Notes: a model not told the origin generated them from the letters alone. A stretch of 64,000 bases of DNA from a virus (IMGVR_UViG_3300020180_000017:8552-72551), one strand, 5' to 3'. Shown: positions 21,758 through 32,435, counted from the stretch's first letter. Translations and numbers: made by a program.

Positions 21758-24036
21758 TACTTTCTTTTAAAATATCCATTTAATTCTTTAGCATGAATAA
21801 TACCACCCAATTGTTTTTTTGGTTTTACAATTACATCTGGTAAAGGATGTATTGCATCAAAAAATTGTGATGTCCTTTCTATATTATTTTCAATAAAATC
21901 TTCTACTTTACGAGGATAAGAACCTTTAGCTCTATACAATTGATTTTCCACTAAATTCTTTTTTATATATGCTTCTATATCTTTTTCAGTTGGTTTTTCA
22001 CTTTTAGATTGAAAAGGACTAAGTGCGTCGTCTACTGGAGCTTGAGATAAAACTTTTATAGCTTCTTTTCTTAATCTTTCTTTAGGGTCTTTAATAGAAC
22101 CTCTATTCCACATATACGGTGTCCATCTACCTATTCCTCCACGTATATGTTCTGCATCAACTCCAGGAATACCTATTAAATCTTTTGAAAGATTTTCTCC
22201 TTTATTTTGTAAGTATTTCCTATTTCTAATATTCATTGCTACCATTAATGGTAGCAATTTATCGTAATCATATAAATCCTTTGGACTATTGATATTAAAT
22301 GTATTTTTAAGATCTGGAGCTAGTGTTGAAAATCTTATTTGTCCTGGCCCGATACTTTTAGTTTTTGGTTTAAAAATACGTTCAAAAATTGATTCTAAAG
22401 ATTTTGAAGTGTTAAATTTAGATTCCTGCCATAATTCACCAGCAACATTCAACATTTCATCGTCAACTTCTGCTGTTGATGTATTTAGTATTTTAGCTAG
22501 CTTATTTCCTGTTTGTGTATTATTTGCAAACTCTAAATATTTTTTTAAACCTTCTGGTGGGTTTTTTGCTAATTTTGATTCATCTCTTATTTTATATTCC
22601 CAAAGATTTGGGTTTTCAGTTTCAAATTTATTTATAGAATTTCTACGAAATATTGCTTCTTTAGCTTCTGGATTAAATATTCTTTCTTGTTCAAGAGCTT
22701 CTTTATCTAAAGAATAACCTGGTCTTGTTACTAAACGTTCTTTGTTTTTAATTAATTCTTTAAGTTCATTTTGAGATAAATCTCTTTCTTCAAACGTTGA
22801 TTTTCCCGAAGTACCTACAATCTTATATCTTTTTTCTCCTTCTTTTTCATAAGAATTCATTATAATTTTTGCATCATAAGCTTTACCTTTATCAGTTGTA
22901 GCTTGAACAATATCTCCAATTTTAAAATTATCATTTACCCAATATCCATCTTCTTTCTTTTCATTTTCGTCTTTACCTTTAATATTATCAGATAATTTTG
23001 TATTACTTAAATATCTTCCTTCATTCCATTTTTTACCTGATTTTTCCATTAAGCCACATACTCCATCAATACAAGTGTTTTCTTCATTTGTTAAATTAAC
23101 ACCATTATCTTTTATTTTTGTTCTATCTGCTCTAAAATAAGGAATTGCTGATGTACCTATTATATTGCCATCTGCATACAAGTTTTTTAATTTTTGTTGG
23201 TATTCTTCTCTATCTTCTTTTGAATTATAAAAAGAACCACCCAATTGAAGTTTAAGCTTAGTTCCAAATTTACTTACATTTGTATTACCTAATACTCCAA
23301 CACCCATTTTATATCCACTTGTTTTATTTTTTGAATTGGCAAACCATTCAGCTTGTTCAGTAGTGGGAAACTCTATATATTCTTTAGTATTATCTGCATA
23401 ATCCCAAGCTGCGTCTCCTGTTAAATGTTCAAGTTTACCATTGCGATTTACAATTTCAGGGTAAACTCTTTTTGTGTTAGGGTCGTAAGCCATGAGATGA
23501 GTGGATGGGTCAGTTTCACCAGGTATCATTAAAGTTTTAGGATTTTGTTCATATAACCTTTTTACGAATTCTTTTTTATTTCTATTAGCATTAAGTGTAC
23601 TATCTACAAAACCTTGTTTATTTGTATTCCACAAACCACCCAATTGGTATAAAGGTTGTTCAAATACTTTTGTAGCTCCAGGAAAATAATGTTCTTCTCC
23701 TTTATTCATCATTCTGGGTTTACCTACATTTGGAAATGCCATTACTCTATTGGGTAATGTATTCATTCCCTTTTTATCTTTCATGGTTATCCTGTTTCCA
23801 GGAATTATTACAGGGCCATTTTCTTCCCAAAGTCCATTTGGATTTGTTGGTATCCCACCCAATTGTTTTTTTGGTAGTGTTGCTCCTGCTATTGCTGCTT
23901 TTTTAGTAGGGGCTACATACGTATTATCACCTATAGGTATAACTATAGGTTTATTAGCTAAAGTTTTCTTTCTTTTGCTAAAATTCAATCCAAAAAGATC
24001 TGCCTGTTTAGGGTCACTCAATTGATATTTTTTCAT
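21757..24036 (-). CDS. Modular virion protein with degenerate NlpC/P60-like and lysozyme/SLT-like domains (759 aa)
   Basis: NTCIDGVC...GDIVQ; ELWQESKF...SIGPGQI...WNRG...YPRKV; four QLGG linkers. Confidence 0.55.
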   Translation of the reverse strand: MKKYQLSDPKQADLFGLNFSKRKKTLANKPIVIPIGDNTYVAPTKKAAIAGATLPKKQLGGIPTNPNGLWEENGPVIIPGNRITMKDKKGMNTLPNRVMAFPNVGKPRMMNKGEEHYFPGATKVFEQPLYQLGGLWNTNKQGFVDSTLNANRNKKEFVKRLYEQNPKTLMIPGETDPSTHLMAYDPNTKRVYPEIVNRNGKLEHLTGDAAWDYADNTKEYIEFPTTEQAEWFANSKNKTSGYKMGVGVLGNTNVSKFGTKLKLQLGGSFYNSKEDREEYQQKLKNLYADGNIIGTSAIPYFRADRTKIKDNGVNLTNEENTCIDGVCGLMEKSGKKWNEGRYLSNTKLSDNIKGKDENEKKEDGYWVNDNFKIGDIVQATTDKGKAYDAKIIMNSYEKEGEKRYKIVGTSGKSTFEERDLSQNELKELIKNKERLVTRPGYSLDKEALEQERIFNPEAKEAIFRRNSINKFETENPNLWEYKIRDESKLAKNPPEGLKKYLEFANNTQTGNKLAKILNTSTAEVDDEMLNVAGELWQESKFNTSKSLESIFERIFKPKTKSIGPGQIRFSTLAPDLKNTFNINSPKDLYDYDKLLPLMVAMNIRNRKYLQNKGENLSKDLIGIPGVDAEHIRGGIGRWTPYMWNRGSIKDPKERLRKEAIKVLSQAPVDDALSPFQSKSEKPTEKDIEAYIKKNLVENQLYRAKGSYPRKVEDFIENNIERTSQFFDAIHPLPDVIVKPKKQLGGIIHAKELNGYFKRK

Positions 24037-24248
24037 TACATATATCTTTGCATCCCACCTTTTCTTGCTTGTGGAGGTATGTACTGCTCTTCTGGAGCTT
24101 GTTCTGGAGCTTGTCCTTCACCCATTAACTGTTGCATCAACATTTGTTGGCCTTCAGGGGAAAGCTGTTGTATTGCTTGTAATATTGCTTGAATCATTTG
24201 TGATTCATCTTGTGGGGCTTGGCCACCATCTTGATACCTTTTGTACAT
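24036..24248 (-). CDS. Small Gln-rich protein (70 aa) with YQDGG/ARKGG motifs
   Basis: Overlaps the downstream start and lies 2 bp from the upstream stop; shares the GG motif of the cargo proteins. Confidence 0.7.
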   Translation of the reverse strand: MYKRYQDGGQAPQDESQMIQAILQAIQQLSPEGQQMLMQQLMGEGQAPEQAPEEQYIPPQARKGGMQRYM

Positions 24249-24250
24249 AA

Positions 24251-27200
24251 TTATCTAATTGAATTGGTTATTTTTGAATTTAAAAATTTAAATATAAATT
24301 GTGTTCTACCTGAAACTTCTTTTGCCAACCATATTTCGTGGTAAGAATGTCTGAATTTTGATATTTTAGAGGAATCCATATTAATTGTATATAAAGATCT
24401 TGTGTATCCGTTATCGTCATTTTTGAGTATGTAAGCATCCATATTAGAAAATTCTCCTCTATCTTTTACTATATTGTTAAAACCATTAAACCTATATCTG
24501 TTTTCTTTTTTTATGCATAAAACATCTGTCGTAAAGTTATTTACTACTTTAGGGTAATTATATAAGTCAATGTCTCTCACTTCTGTTTTTGTTATGAGAT
24601 TTAACATTCCAGAATTTTGTTCTGAATTTGATACTATGGCTCTGTCAAAGTTTTCTTTTAAGACGTGATATTTATCCAAACAATTATTTATGTAGTGATA
24701 AGCTTCTAATTGATATTCAAATGAATTTAATATGTTTATTTCTTGACCGTAAGAAATAATTGGAGAAACTTCCCAAGGATAATCTTTTCCGTAGAAATTA
24801 CAGTAAGACCCACAATTATCATTATGTTTCCATAATGCATTATTTTTAATTGTAAGAAAGTGATCTTCCAATTGAACTACTCCATCTGGATGCCAATCAT
24901 GAAAGGAAATAAATCCTTCATTTTGTGCTCTATAACTTAATGTCCAAGAAGCACTTTTAAAATAAAGTGGGTTATTTAGTGATATTGGGTTACCTTGATA
25001 TTCAAATTGTTTTTTAATGGAGTTATATATAATACTTTCTAATAAAGGAACGTAGTCTTTTTTACAGAGATATATCGTTTCGTAAAAATTATCATATACC
25101 ATACTATATCCTACACCACATGCTATATTATCTTCTTCTGCATAATTTGGAAAGACTTTCTTTAACTTTAAAGGCATAAACTCTTTACTCCAAAAATGTA
25201 TACCTTGTTTAGTCACATCATCCAAAGATTTTTCTGAAAATCTAAACAATCTTCCTTGTGATGCAGAAGGGTAGTAGTACCCAGATGGAGTTGATAAAAA
25301 AGCATATTTTGATTGTGTACTTCCATAAGCTACATCAGTATGCATTATTTCTCTTGGTTGTCTTGCAAATAATCCTCCATCCCCTATTGTAATTGTGTCA
25401 TTATTCAATTGCAATTCACTTCTACCCACTGATAAATACGGAGAAGCTTTATCAAACAAAAATATTAATCTGTCCATATCAACAGAGTGAACACCAATAA
25501 GATTTCCAAATTGTAGATTATCAAAAGAGTAATAATTATTATTTAAAAAAGATTTCCAATTATTTACTCTTTGATTTTTAAAAGCAGGTAATGAATAAAT
25601 TACTGCATTTTTATCTCTGAATAAATCATCTATTTTCAATTGTTGTTGAGAAAATATTTGATTAGTTTCCAATTTAAAAAAAGAAGGGCTCAACTTAAAC
25701 TCTTCTGCAAATTCTAGTCTGTCACTTCTAAATATGGATGATAAATTTGAATTTTCTGAAGAGTAATGCGGATGTGTAGTTTCTTCTCTAAACCAAAGAT
25801 TAGCATCTGCTTCAACTATGTGATTTACTACTCCATTAATTGAAGTGTACATGTATTCATCTGTTACAGTAAACAGATTTTTATTATTTTTTTTGCAATC
25901 TAAATTATGGTTTTGTGCTGGTAACTTTCCTTGACTTGGAGCCTTGCTAACTATATTTGTTAATTCATAGGGTTCATTATTATAGTAGAATCGAGGGTAA
26001 CCAAGGTTACGATAATTTTTATAGTTAAAAATAAAGTCATCTGCATTATTATAATTAGAAATACTCTGTGAAAATACTTGCCTTCTAGTTTGAAAAGATG
26101 TTTGTACAATAACACAGTCTCCTCCTGCTATTACTGGAGACTCGTAAAATCCACTTCCACTTACAACTATTGGGCAAGAATGAGTTTTAACGTATTGTCC
26201 ACTATCAAGTGTCCCATATTGATTTCTATTTGAAATTTTTGAAATGGCGTAGTACATTGCTGCTGAACCAGATGTTGTATTTGTAATGTCATTGCACACT
26301 CCAAATTCTGTTGCAGTTCTATTGCTATTATCTTCAAATGTAATTTCTGGAACTTCTTTATTTAACTCTACGTATATAGTTTTATTTCCTTTAAAGTTAT
26401 TAAATATTGTGCCATTATTAAGTTCTACATTATTATCTGGAATGTATAGATAATCCTTTACGTATCTTCTTTTATTAATGCATTTACTTTGATTAAATGT
26501 AGCTACACTATTATGTTGATAAGCATAGCTACGGGGCTTTACTAATTTTTGAATTATATCTAGCCATATTTGAGCATGTTGAGAAGCAAGTAAAGTAAAA
26601 CCCAACGTTTTAGCAGTTGTTTGAAGTATTCCCATTAACACTCTATTAGGTTTTAAAGCTAACAGATCTTCTGTATTACTTGTGGATTTATTCCATAGAG
26701 TATCACATGTTTCAAATAATGTAGTTTTAGCTACTACAGTTGTAGTTGTTGTAGCAGGAGGTGTTGTTGTTACTGTTGTAGTGACTTCAGGATTCTTTTT
26801 TTGAGTTGTTTTACATACTTTACCATTTAATTCTAAATAGGCTTGTATTAGTCCTAAGAATGAAGCTAAATACAAAGAAAAGTTAGTTATCAATGTAGCT
26901 TTTGGATGTCTGTATACTTCTTCAAAACTACCTTTAACTTCAGCTTTTTCTTCTGTTAATATTTTTAATTCTTCTCCTAAACCTGTTTTTAATCCGTAAT
27001 TAGCATCTGCTGTATAAAAACTAAATCTATCTTTATAAACTTTTGATAAAGGATTAAAACCTTGCTCTTTATTATTCTTACTATTTACAATGGTGGAAGA
27101 ATGAAAACTATCTGGTGATTGATCGTTAAACGGATAATTTTGGTAGAGTATTTCTCTTTTTTGATCCAACATACTTCTTATGTTAGATAAATATCCTGTG

Positions 27201-28804
27201 GCCAATACAGATTTATTTCCTGCTTCTCTACTTTGCCTTAATATTTCATAACCAACAATATCTTTTCTATATGCCCCATCTTTATTTTTAGGGTGCTCAA
27301 TTTTTTTAAATTGCCACAACTTTAAATTGATGTGTATCACTCCATCTACATTAGTATATCTTTCTGCTATACATTCATCAGGAAATTTAGGATAACGAAT
27401 TGGAGTACAAGCGTCATCTCCAAATAGTAACTTATCACTAGGATAAAGTTCTGTACTTTCAAAGTACGCCATTTCTCCTTTTCCTATTATTTTGCCGTCA
27501 CAAAGAAGGGTTTCTTTTCTTATTAAATTACCCGCAGTGTTTTTTACTTGCCATTGTTGAATTTTTTCTGGAGCATCACAAATATTCAGATTTTTATCCA
27601 ATTCAAAAACTTCGTCACCACTTGCATTACTACTATCTTTTCCTGTTTTTTTTCTTCCTGGTATATGATACCTATTTGATTTTTCTCCTTTATTTGTTAT
27701 CCATCTAATTGCAGGAGAGTAGTTTTCATCTCCAAAGTACCCAAAATCAAAATTATTTTTATAATATTCTAAGGGTACTTGTTTTATTACATATTCCACT
27801 TCAATATTCATTGCTTGTAATTGATAGTCAAGTGGCTCTGAATATTGTATATCTGAATAAAGTAAGTATTCGCTATTACTAGTTATATTACCTACTTTAC
27901 TTGGAATTCTATTTTCTATTATAACTCTGTCCAATGTTTCCCTTATATTGGATATATCGGATATAGTTACTTTTGATTGTGAAGTCGAGTAAGGTCCGTA
28001 AGTGTAGTATGATTCGTTATTAACTGCTGAATTTTCCTGTCCATTAAATGCTGTATTAACAATTAATAAAATTTGATATTCTTCGTAGTTTTGATCAAGA
28101 TTTTTTATGGTTAAATCAATTCCACCTCTATTTTGATTAAATATTTGTATAGGGGTTGATAGTGATTGATAGTCTCCAATTTTATCTCCACCTGCTAAAT
28201 AAGATATACCCACAGAATAAGTGCCATTAGGTAAGTTTCCTCTTCCTTTTTTTATTTCCAAGCAAGGTATTGTCGTTTCTTTAAATTGAAATAATTGCTT
28301 ACAATCAATTTCATTGCCAATTATTTTTTCCTTACAGTTAGTATCTTTATTGATAGTATATTTATAAGGTATATTAGATAGGTTTATTTCTCCTATATCA
28401 ATATCTTCATTTCCAAACACAACATACTCTTCTACATTATTTAATATTCTGCTTCTACCTATAATTGGTTTACAAGTGAACTTATATTCTGGGCAATCAA
28501 CTTTAAACAATTTTTCATAGGTACAGTTTACTATATTTAATATGCCAAACTCTCCATTTTGCTGTATTATTAATAATCTATTATCCCTTAACTGTATTTG
28601 AGATAAAGGAGTAGACTCAAATTGATAGCATAACTTATTACTTTGTTCATTGGATAACGTAAATAATTGCCCATCCATACCATGCACCATTGTGTTTCTG
28701 GCATGTTTCCATGTATCACTCCCATTAAAGTTAGAGTGAACATCTTTTACTAGTTTTTTAGTAAAGGTGCTTGTTTTTATATTTGAAATTTCTTTTTCTG
28801 CCAT
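24251..28804 (-). CDS. Tail stabilisation/muzzle protein (crAss-like), about 1517 aa
   Basis: Size and synteny between ring and cargo genes; conserved-looking C-terminal WTLSY...SFHDWHP and GDGGLF motifs. Likely start MAEKE at 28804. Confidence 0.75.
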   Translation of the reverse strand: MAEKEISNIKTSTFTKKLVKDVHSNFNGSDTWKHARNTMVHGMDGQLFTLSNEQSNKLCYQFESTPLSQIQLRDNRLLIIQQNGEFGILNIVNCTYEKLFKVDCPEYKFTCKPIIGRSRILNNVEEYVVFGNEDIDIGEINLSNIPYKYTINKDTNCKEKIIGNEIDCKQLFQFKETTIPCLEIKKGRGNLPNGTYSVGISYLAGGDKIGDYQSLSTPIQIFNQNRGGIDLTIKNLDQNYEEYQILLIVNTAFNGQENSAVNNESYYTYGPYSTSQSKVTISDISNIRETLDRVIIENRIPSKVGNITSNSEYLLYSDIQYSEPLDYQLQAMNIEVEYVIKQVPLEYYKNNFDFGYFGDENYSPAIRWITNKGEKSNRYHIPGRKKTGKDSSNASGDEVFELDKNLNICDAPEKIQQWQVKNTAGNLIRKETLLCDGKIIGKGEMAYFESTELYPSDKLLFGDDACTPIRYPKFPDECIAERYTNVDGVIHINLKLWQFKKIEHPKNKDGAYRKDIVGYEILRQSREAGNKSVLATGYLSNIRSMLDQKREILYQNYPFNDQSPDSFHSSTIVNSKNNKEQGFNPLSKVYKDRFSFYTADANYGLKTGLGEELKILTEEKAEVKGSFEEVYRHPKATLITNFSLYLASFLGLIQAYLELNGKVCKTTQKKNPEVTTTVTTTPPATTTTTVVAKTTLFETCDTLWNKSTSNTEDLLALKPNRVLMGILQTTAKTLGFTLLASQHAQIWLDIIQKLVKPRSYAYQHNSVATFNQSKCINKRRYVKDYLYIPDNNVELNNGTIFNNFKGNKTIYVELNKEVPEITFEDNSNRTATEFGVCNDITNTTSGSAAMYYAISKISNRNQYGTLDSGQYVKTHSCPIVVSGSGFYESPVIAGGDCVIVQTSFQTRRQVFSQSISNYNNADDFIFNYKNYRNLGYPRFYYNNEPYELTNIVSKAPSQGKLPAQNHNLDCKKNNKNLFTVTDEYMYTSINGVVNHIVEADANLWFREETTHPHYSSENSNLSSIFRSDRLEFAEEFKLSPSFFKLETNQIFSQQQLKIDDLFRDKNAVIYSLPAFKNQRVNNWKSFLNNNYYSFDNLQFGNLIGVHSVDMDRLIFLFDKASPYLSVGRSELQLNNDTITIGDGGLFARQPREIMHTDVAYGSTQSKYAFLSTPSGYYYPSASQGRLFRFSEKSLDDVTKQGIHFWSKEFMPLKLKKVFPNYAEEDNIACGVGYSMVYDNFYETIYLCKKDYVPLLESIIYNSIKKQFEYQGNPISLNNPLYFKSASWTLSYRAQNEGFISFHDWHPDGVVQLEDHFLTIKNNALWKHNDNCGSYCNFYGKDYPWEVSPIISYGQEINILNSFEYQLEAYHYINNCLDKYHVLKENFDRAIVSNSEQNSGMLNLITKTEVRDIDLYNYPKVVNNFTTDVLCIKKENRYRFNGFNNIVKDRGEFSNMDAYILKNDDNGYTRSLYTINMDSSKISKFRHSYHEIWLAKEVSGRTQFIFKFLNSKITNSIR

Positions 28805-29613
28805 TAGTAAAATGGAATAAACCATTTATTGTAAAATGCTGCTTGCTCTTCTTTATATCTTTTATTTAATTGCCTAATTGATTCACTTTTTATATAATTA
28901 TCAAAATCTACATAAGTAAGATTCATTTGTTTTTCTGCATATTGTAATTTTCTTTCTACGTCATCCTCTGAATTCATAAATATATCCTGTAGTATTTTAA
29001 CTTTTACACTCCATTCGTAAAAAAAATATAATTGAGGTTGCTTCGGTATTAGCCCTATGGCATCCATATCTATATAATAAGTTATGATTGCTTTTCCTGT
29101 AGTTACTCCAAATTCTATTAAACTTTCGTCTCTATTAATTTTGTAAGTGTGTTTATTGCATTGATCTATTGATGGAGTAAGAGTAGAGTGTTCAGTAAAT
29201 ACTAAAAATTGTTCTTTGCTTTGTTTATAAGGTATTGTCCAATAGCAAACTCCGCAATCATTTATACAACCAAGTGGTGTATAAACAGGTTCACCTTCTT
29301 TTGGTTTTTCACATACTTGCTCTGTCCAATTTTGATAAAAAGGTAATGAAGAAGGTACTTTGAAATTGGATATAATATCTATAGACTTTACTTTTTTTAA
29401 ATTGTCAGGTAAAGTTGCTACGCCATTTTCTATTTCTAAAATACTACACTCAATCGGATTTATTCTTATACCTGCTATACTATTTGTATAACTTATTATT
29501 TTATAGAGTCCAGAGACATCAATAATCCCACCTTCAAAATATTTTTTAAAGTCTCCTTTAATAGAATCAAGAAGTTGTTTTAATGTAATATATTCTGTAT
29601 TAACTAAATTCAT
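28804..29613 (-). CDS. Tail ring/tubular protein
   Basis: 269 aa, directly upstream of the muzzle gene; GKAIITYY...GLIP segment typical of ring proteins. Confidence 0.6.
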   Translation of the reverse strand: MNLVNTEYITLKQLLDSIKGDFKKYFEGGIIDVSGLYKIISYTNSIAGIRINPIECSILEIENGVATLPDNLKKVKSIDIISNFKVPSSLPFYQNWTEQVCEKPKEGEPVYTPLGCINDCGVCYWTIPYKQSKEQFLVFTEHSTLTPSIDQCNKHTYKINRDESLIEFGVTTGKAIITYYIDMDAIGLIPKQPQLYFFYEWSVKVKILQDIFMNSEDDVERKLQYAEKQMNLTYVDFDNYIKSESIRQLNKRYKEEQAAFYNKWFIPFY

Positions 29614-30248
29614 TTGTTTTCATTTTTATCTATCTTTTCTTGGTTTACTATTTGTATTGAAATAGACATTTCTTTTATTGCAAATTCAATTGCTTGAGCT
29701 TGTAACTTTTCAGAAATCATCCACTCTTTATCCAAATATCTTTTACATTTATTGCAATCAATTACTTCTTCTTTGAATACAGCTAATATGTTTATTTGTT
29801 TGGGAAGATCTCCATAAATATAACCTCCTTGATAAAAATAAAACTTTTCTGTTTTTGGAATCCAAGGACTTTCTTTTTTGGAAGGGTAAGAAGATATTGT
29901 AGAAGAATTTAATTCTGTACTATTATCTATTGAACTTACACTTTTAATCATTACACCAAGACTATCTTCAAATAAATCTGGTATTTTTTCTTTTGTCCTT
30001 TTAATTACGCACTTAGTAGTTATTCCACAACAAGGGTCTACTTTTGGTACATCAATTACAGTAGCACATTTATAGGATTGATTAATTTTACTTCTACGCC
30101 CTAACTTAAATGTTTCAGACTCTCTTTCCATTAACCAATTAGCATGTTTGTTTAATATCGTATCAATTTGTTTATTGGTTACTCTATTATCAGCGTTAAT
30201 CTTTTTTAAGATTGTTTTAACATTACTTATTGCTTCTCTTTTTGTCAT
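29610..30248 (-). CDS. Tail ring protein
   Basis: 212 aa; synteny and N-terminal helical / central beta architecture resembling crAss ring proteins. Confidence 0.55.
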   Translation of the reverse strand: MTKREAISNVKTILKKINADNRVTNKQIDTILNKHANWLMERESETFKLGRRSKINQSYKCATVIDVPKVDPCCGITTKCVIKRTKEKIPDLFEDSLGVMIKSVSSIDNSTELNSSTISSYPSKKESPWIPKTEKFYFYQGGYIYGDLPKQINILAVFKEEVIDCNKCKRYLDKEWMISEKLQAQAIEFAIKEMSISIQIVNQEKIDKNENK

Positions 30249-30763
30249 TTAATGGGTTTGTGAAGTTTATTAACATCTTTATATTGATTGCCATTTTGTT
30301 TTATGCCTTCATTACACATTTTATTTATTTTTCTAACTGCTCTAAATCCTAAGTAAGACAGGAAAAAATGCACTCTACGTGCAAATTCTGTTTTCCATAT
30401 CATTTTTGCAGGTTTATTATTTGTGTGGAAATTTAAGTATTTTATGGGTTTACCTGCTTCTGCACTTGCTTTTATATCTATTACGTTATGTACTCTTAAC
30501 AATCCAAGTTTCATTTCTCCCATATTATTTCCTAATTGGATACCATCAGGTTCTTCAATTATCAATGAAGCCATAGCGTATGAAATGCTTTCCCAATCTT
30601 TTAATATTTCAGCATCTTTCTTTTTATATTCTGGATAAGCCTTTCTAAATTTATCAAAAAATGATTTAGTTAAAAGTTGTTCAGTATATTTTGACTTACC
30701 AAATCTTTTTGCTTTTCTATCATTAATATTTAAAATTAATTTTTCTGGTTGTATTTCATCCAT
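30245..30763 (-). CDS. IHF/HU-like DNA-binding protein
   Basis: Helix followed by DGIQLGNNMGEMKL HU-like beta arm; crAss-like phages carry IHF-like genes next to tail genes. Start reassigned to MDEIQ. Confidence 0.55.
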   Translation of the reverse strand: MDEIQPEKLILNINDRKAKRFGKSKYTEQLLTKSFFDKFRKAYPEYKKKDAEILKDWESISYAMASLIIEEPDGIQLGNNMGEMKLGLLRVHNVIDIKASAEAGKPIKYLNFHTNNKPAKMIWKTEFARRVHFFLSYLGFRAVRKINKMCNEGIKQNGNQYKDVNKLHKPIK

Positions 30764-30798
30764 AATAAAAATATAATCTTTTTTTGTAATAAAAACTA

Positions 30799-30830
30799 AA
30801 ATAACTTGACAAATTAATATCAAGTTATTT
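30799..30830. promoter_or_regulatory. 11-bp perfect inverted repeat (operator or hairpin)
   Basis: AAATAACTTGA-N10-TCAAGTTATTT between the phosphoesterase and HU-like genes. Confidence 0.45.
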
Positions 30831-30844
30831 TAAGGTTAATCTAA

Positions 30845-32134
30845 TTATTTAAATCTTATTACTTGTCTCATTGGTTCAGGCATTTCCAACCAAAATAATT
30901 CTATTACTACTCCTGCTTTACTTGAACCAAAATTTACTGTTTGCCAATCTGACCCATCTGCTATACTTGGTATGCTAACATACCTAAATGATTTAGCTTC
31001 TGTCTCTGCATATTTATGTTGATCTGCCTTAATGAAACTTACATTTACTTTTTTAGGATTTATTCCTTGTTCTAATATATAATCAGTTAAATAACTTTCT
31101 GTTTTTGAATCTATAACAACTGGTAATGGACTTTTTTGATGTTTTTCATCTTTACCATGTATTGCAAAAAGAATATGTTCAGTAGCTAAATTTATTTCTG
31201 TAATTAAATCTGTAGAGTTATTCATTTCTACAAAAGGGAATTTTTGAGATACATACAATTTAAGCCATTCATTTGCCATATATGAAAATCCAAGACCTGT
31301 GTGGTTACTATTGTTAACTTCTACGATTTTATATTTATTGGCTATATTAGAACTGAATATATCGTCATAGAATATCTTACGAGAGGATACGTAATCATCA
31401 AATTGCTCTTTATTAGAAGAGGATTTTACTATGTGTCCCCCTCTTGTTGTTTGTTCATTCCACCCATTCATTTGATCTCCAAGAGAAACAATGACTAATT
31501 CATTAATTCCCTTAAATTGACTTATAATGCTTTCTGAAACAGTTTTTAATCTACCTTGATAAGTGTGTTTTGTGTATTTACCATTTTCAAGAAGCATACC
31601 AATGTGATCATCTGAAATATAAATAACCATAGATGTTTTTGCTACATTTTTAGAACTACCTTGTTCAAATGGTTTTATAGTATTAGGGAACAGCTCTTTT
31701 AGTTTTTCTTTGAGTTCTCCTTCATTATAGAAATCCTGAACATTATATCTGAGATCTACGCTATAATCCCACTCTGTTCCATTTTTAGCACTTTTATTCC
31801 ATACTCTTGCTACTTTAGTATTTATACCATCAGCCCCTACTAATTCACTTATTTCAGTGGGTGTGAGTGGTCTATTAGACTTAATCTTTATGTTATTTTC
31901 TGTTTTTGAAGTGATGTGTGGTTCTTGATAAGTCTCTGTAATTTTATCGTCATAAAAAGTTACATCTTCTATTGCAGCCAAAGCTGAATTTAGTTTACTG
32001 GCTTTATACTTACTCTCTTTAATATCTTCAATAGGAACTCCAAACCTTTTTGATAGTTTAGGATTGGATATGTAATTAGTATCCATCAATTTAGGATTAT
32101 CTATAAATGCCTGTGTTACTTTGTCAATTATCAT
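30845..32134 (-). CDS. Calcineurin-like metallophosphoesterase
   Basis: Motifs ISDDHIG, LGDQMNG, NSNH, IHG, ADQH. Confidence 0.8.
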   Translation of the reverse strand: MIIDKVTQAFIDNPKLMDTNYISNPKLSKRFGVPIEDIKESKYKASKLNSALAAIEDVTFYDDKITETYQEPHITSKTENNIKIKSNRPLTPTEISELVGADGINTKVARVWNKSAKNGTEWDYSVDLRYNVQDFYNEGELKEKLKELFPNTIKPFEQGSSKNVAKTSMVIYISDDHIGMLLENGKYTKHTYQGRLKTVSESIISQFKGINELVIVSLGDQMNGWNEQTTRGGHIVKSSSNKEQFDDYVSSRKIFYDDIFSSNIANKYKIVEVNNSNHTGLGFSYMANEWLKLYVSQKFPFVEMNNSTDLITEINLATEHILFAIHGKDEKHQKSPLPVVIDSKTESYLTDYILEQGINPKKVNVSFIKADQHKYAETEAKSFRYVSIPSIADGSDWQTVNFGSSKAGVVIELFWLEMPEPMRQVIRFK

Positions 32135-32153
32135 TTTATTTATTTAAGATTAG

Positions 32154-32224
32154 TAGAGCTATTAGGATTCGAACCTAAACTAATCGCTTAGAAGGCGATT
32201 TTGCATCCATTACAACATAGCTCT
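32154..32224 (-). tRNA. tRNA-Arg(UCU), no encoded CCA
   Basis: AGAGCTA/TAGCTCT acceptor stem, ATCGC-CTTCTAA-GCGAT anticodon arm, TTAGG-TTCGAAT-CCTAA T arm; weak D stem. Confidence 0.85.
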
Positions 32225-32225
32225 A

Positions 32226-32250
32226 TAAAAAAAAGGGGTATTACCCCCTT
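32226..32250 (-). terminator. Intrinsic terminator directly upstream of the tRNA
   Basis: AAGGGGGTAATACCCC followed by T9 on the minus strand. Confidence 0.7.
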
Positions 32251-32263
32251 AATAATTCTTTTA

Positions 32264-32431
32264 TTACATAGCCAAACCGTTACGATATTGATTACTCATT
32301 ATTTTAAATAATGCTGTTTTTTTAAATTTATTTATTGTACTTTCTTTTATACCTATTCTCATTGAGATTCTTGCACTACTGCATTTAATGTAGGAAGGGT
32401 TTTCTTGCAAAAATTTTACTGTTGTTTTCAT
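32264..32431 (-). CDS. Small basic hypothetical protein (55 aa, MKTTVKFLQENPSY...)
   Basis: Manually translated ORF below the track cutoff, filling the gap in the operon. Confidence 0.6.
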   Translation of the reverse strand: MKTTVKFLQENPSYIKCSSARISMRIGIKESTINKFKKTALFKIMSNQYRNGLAM

Positions 32432-32435
32432 TTTT

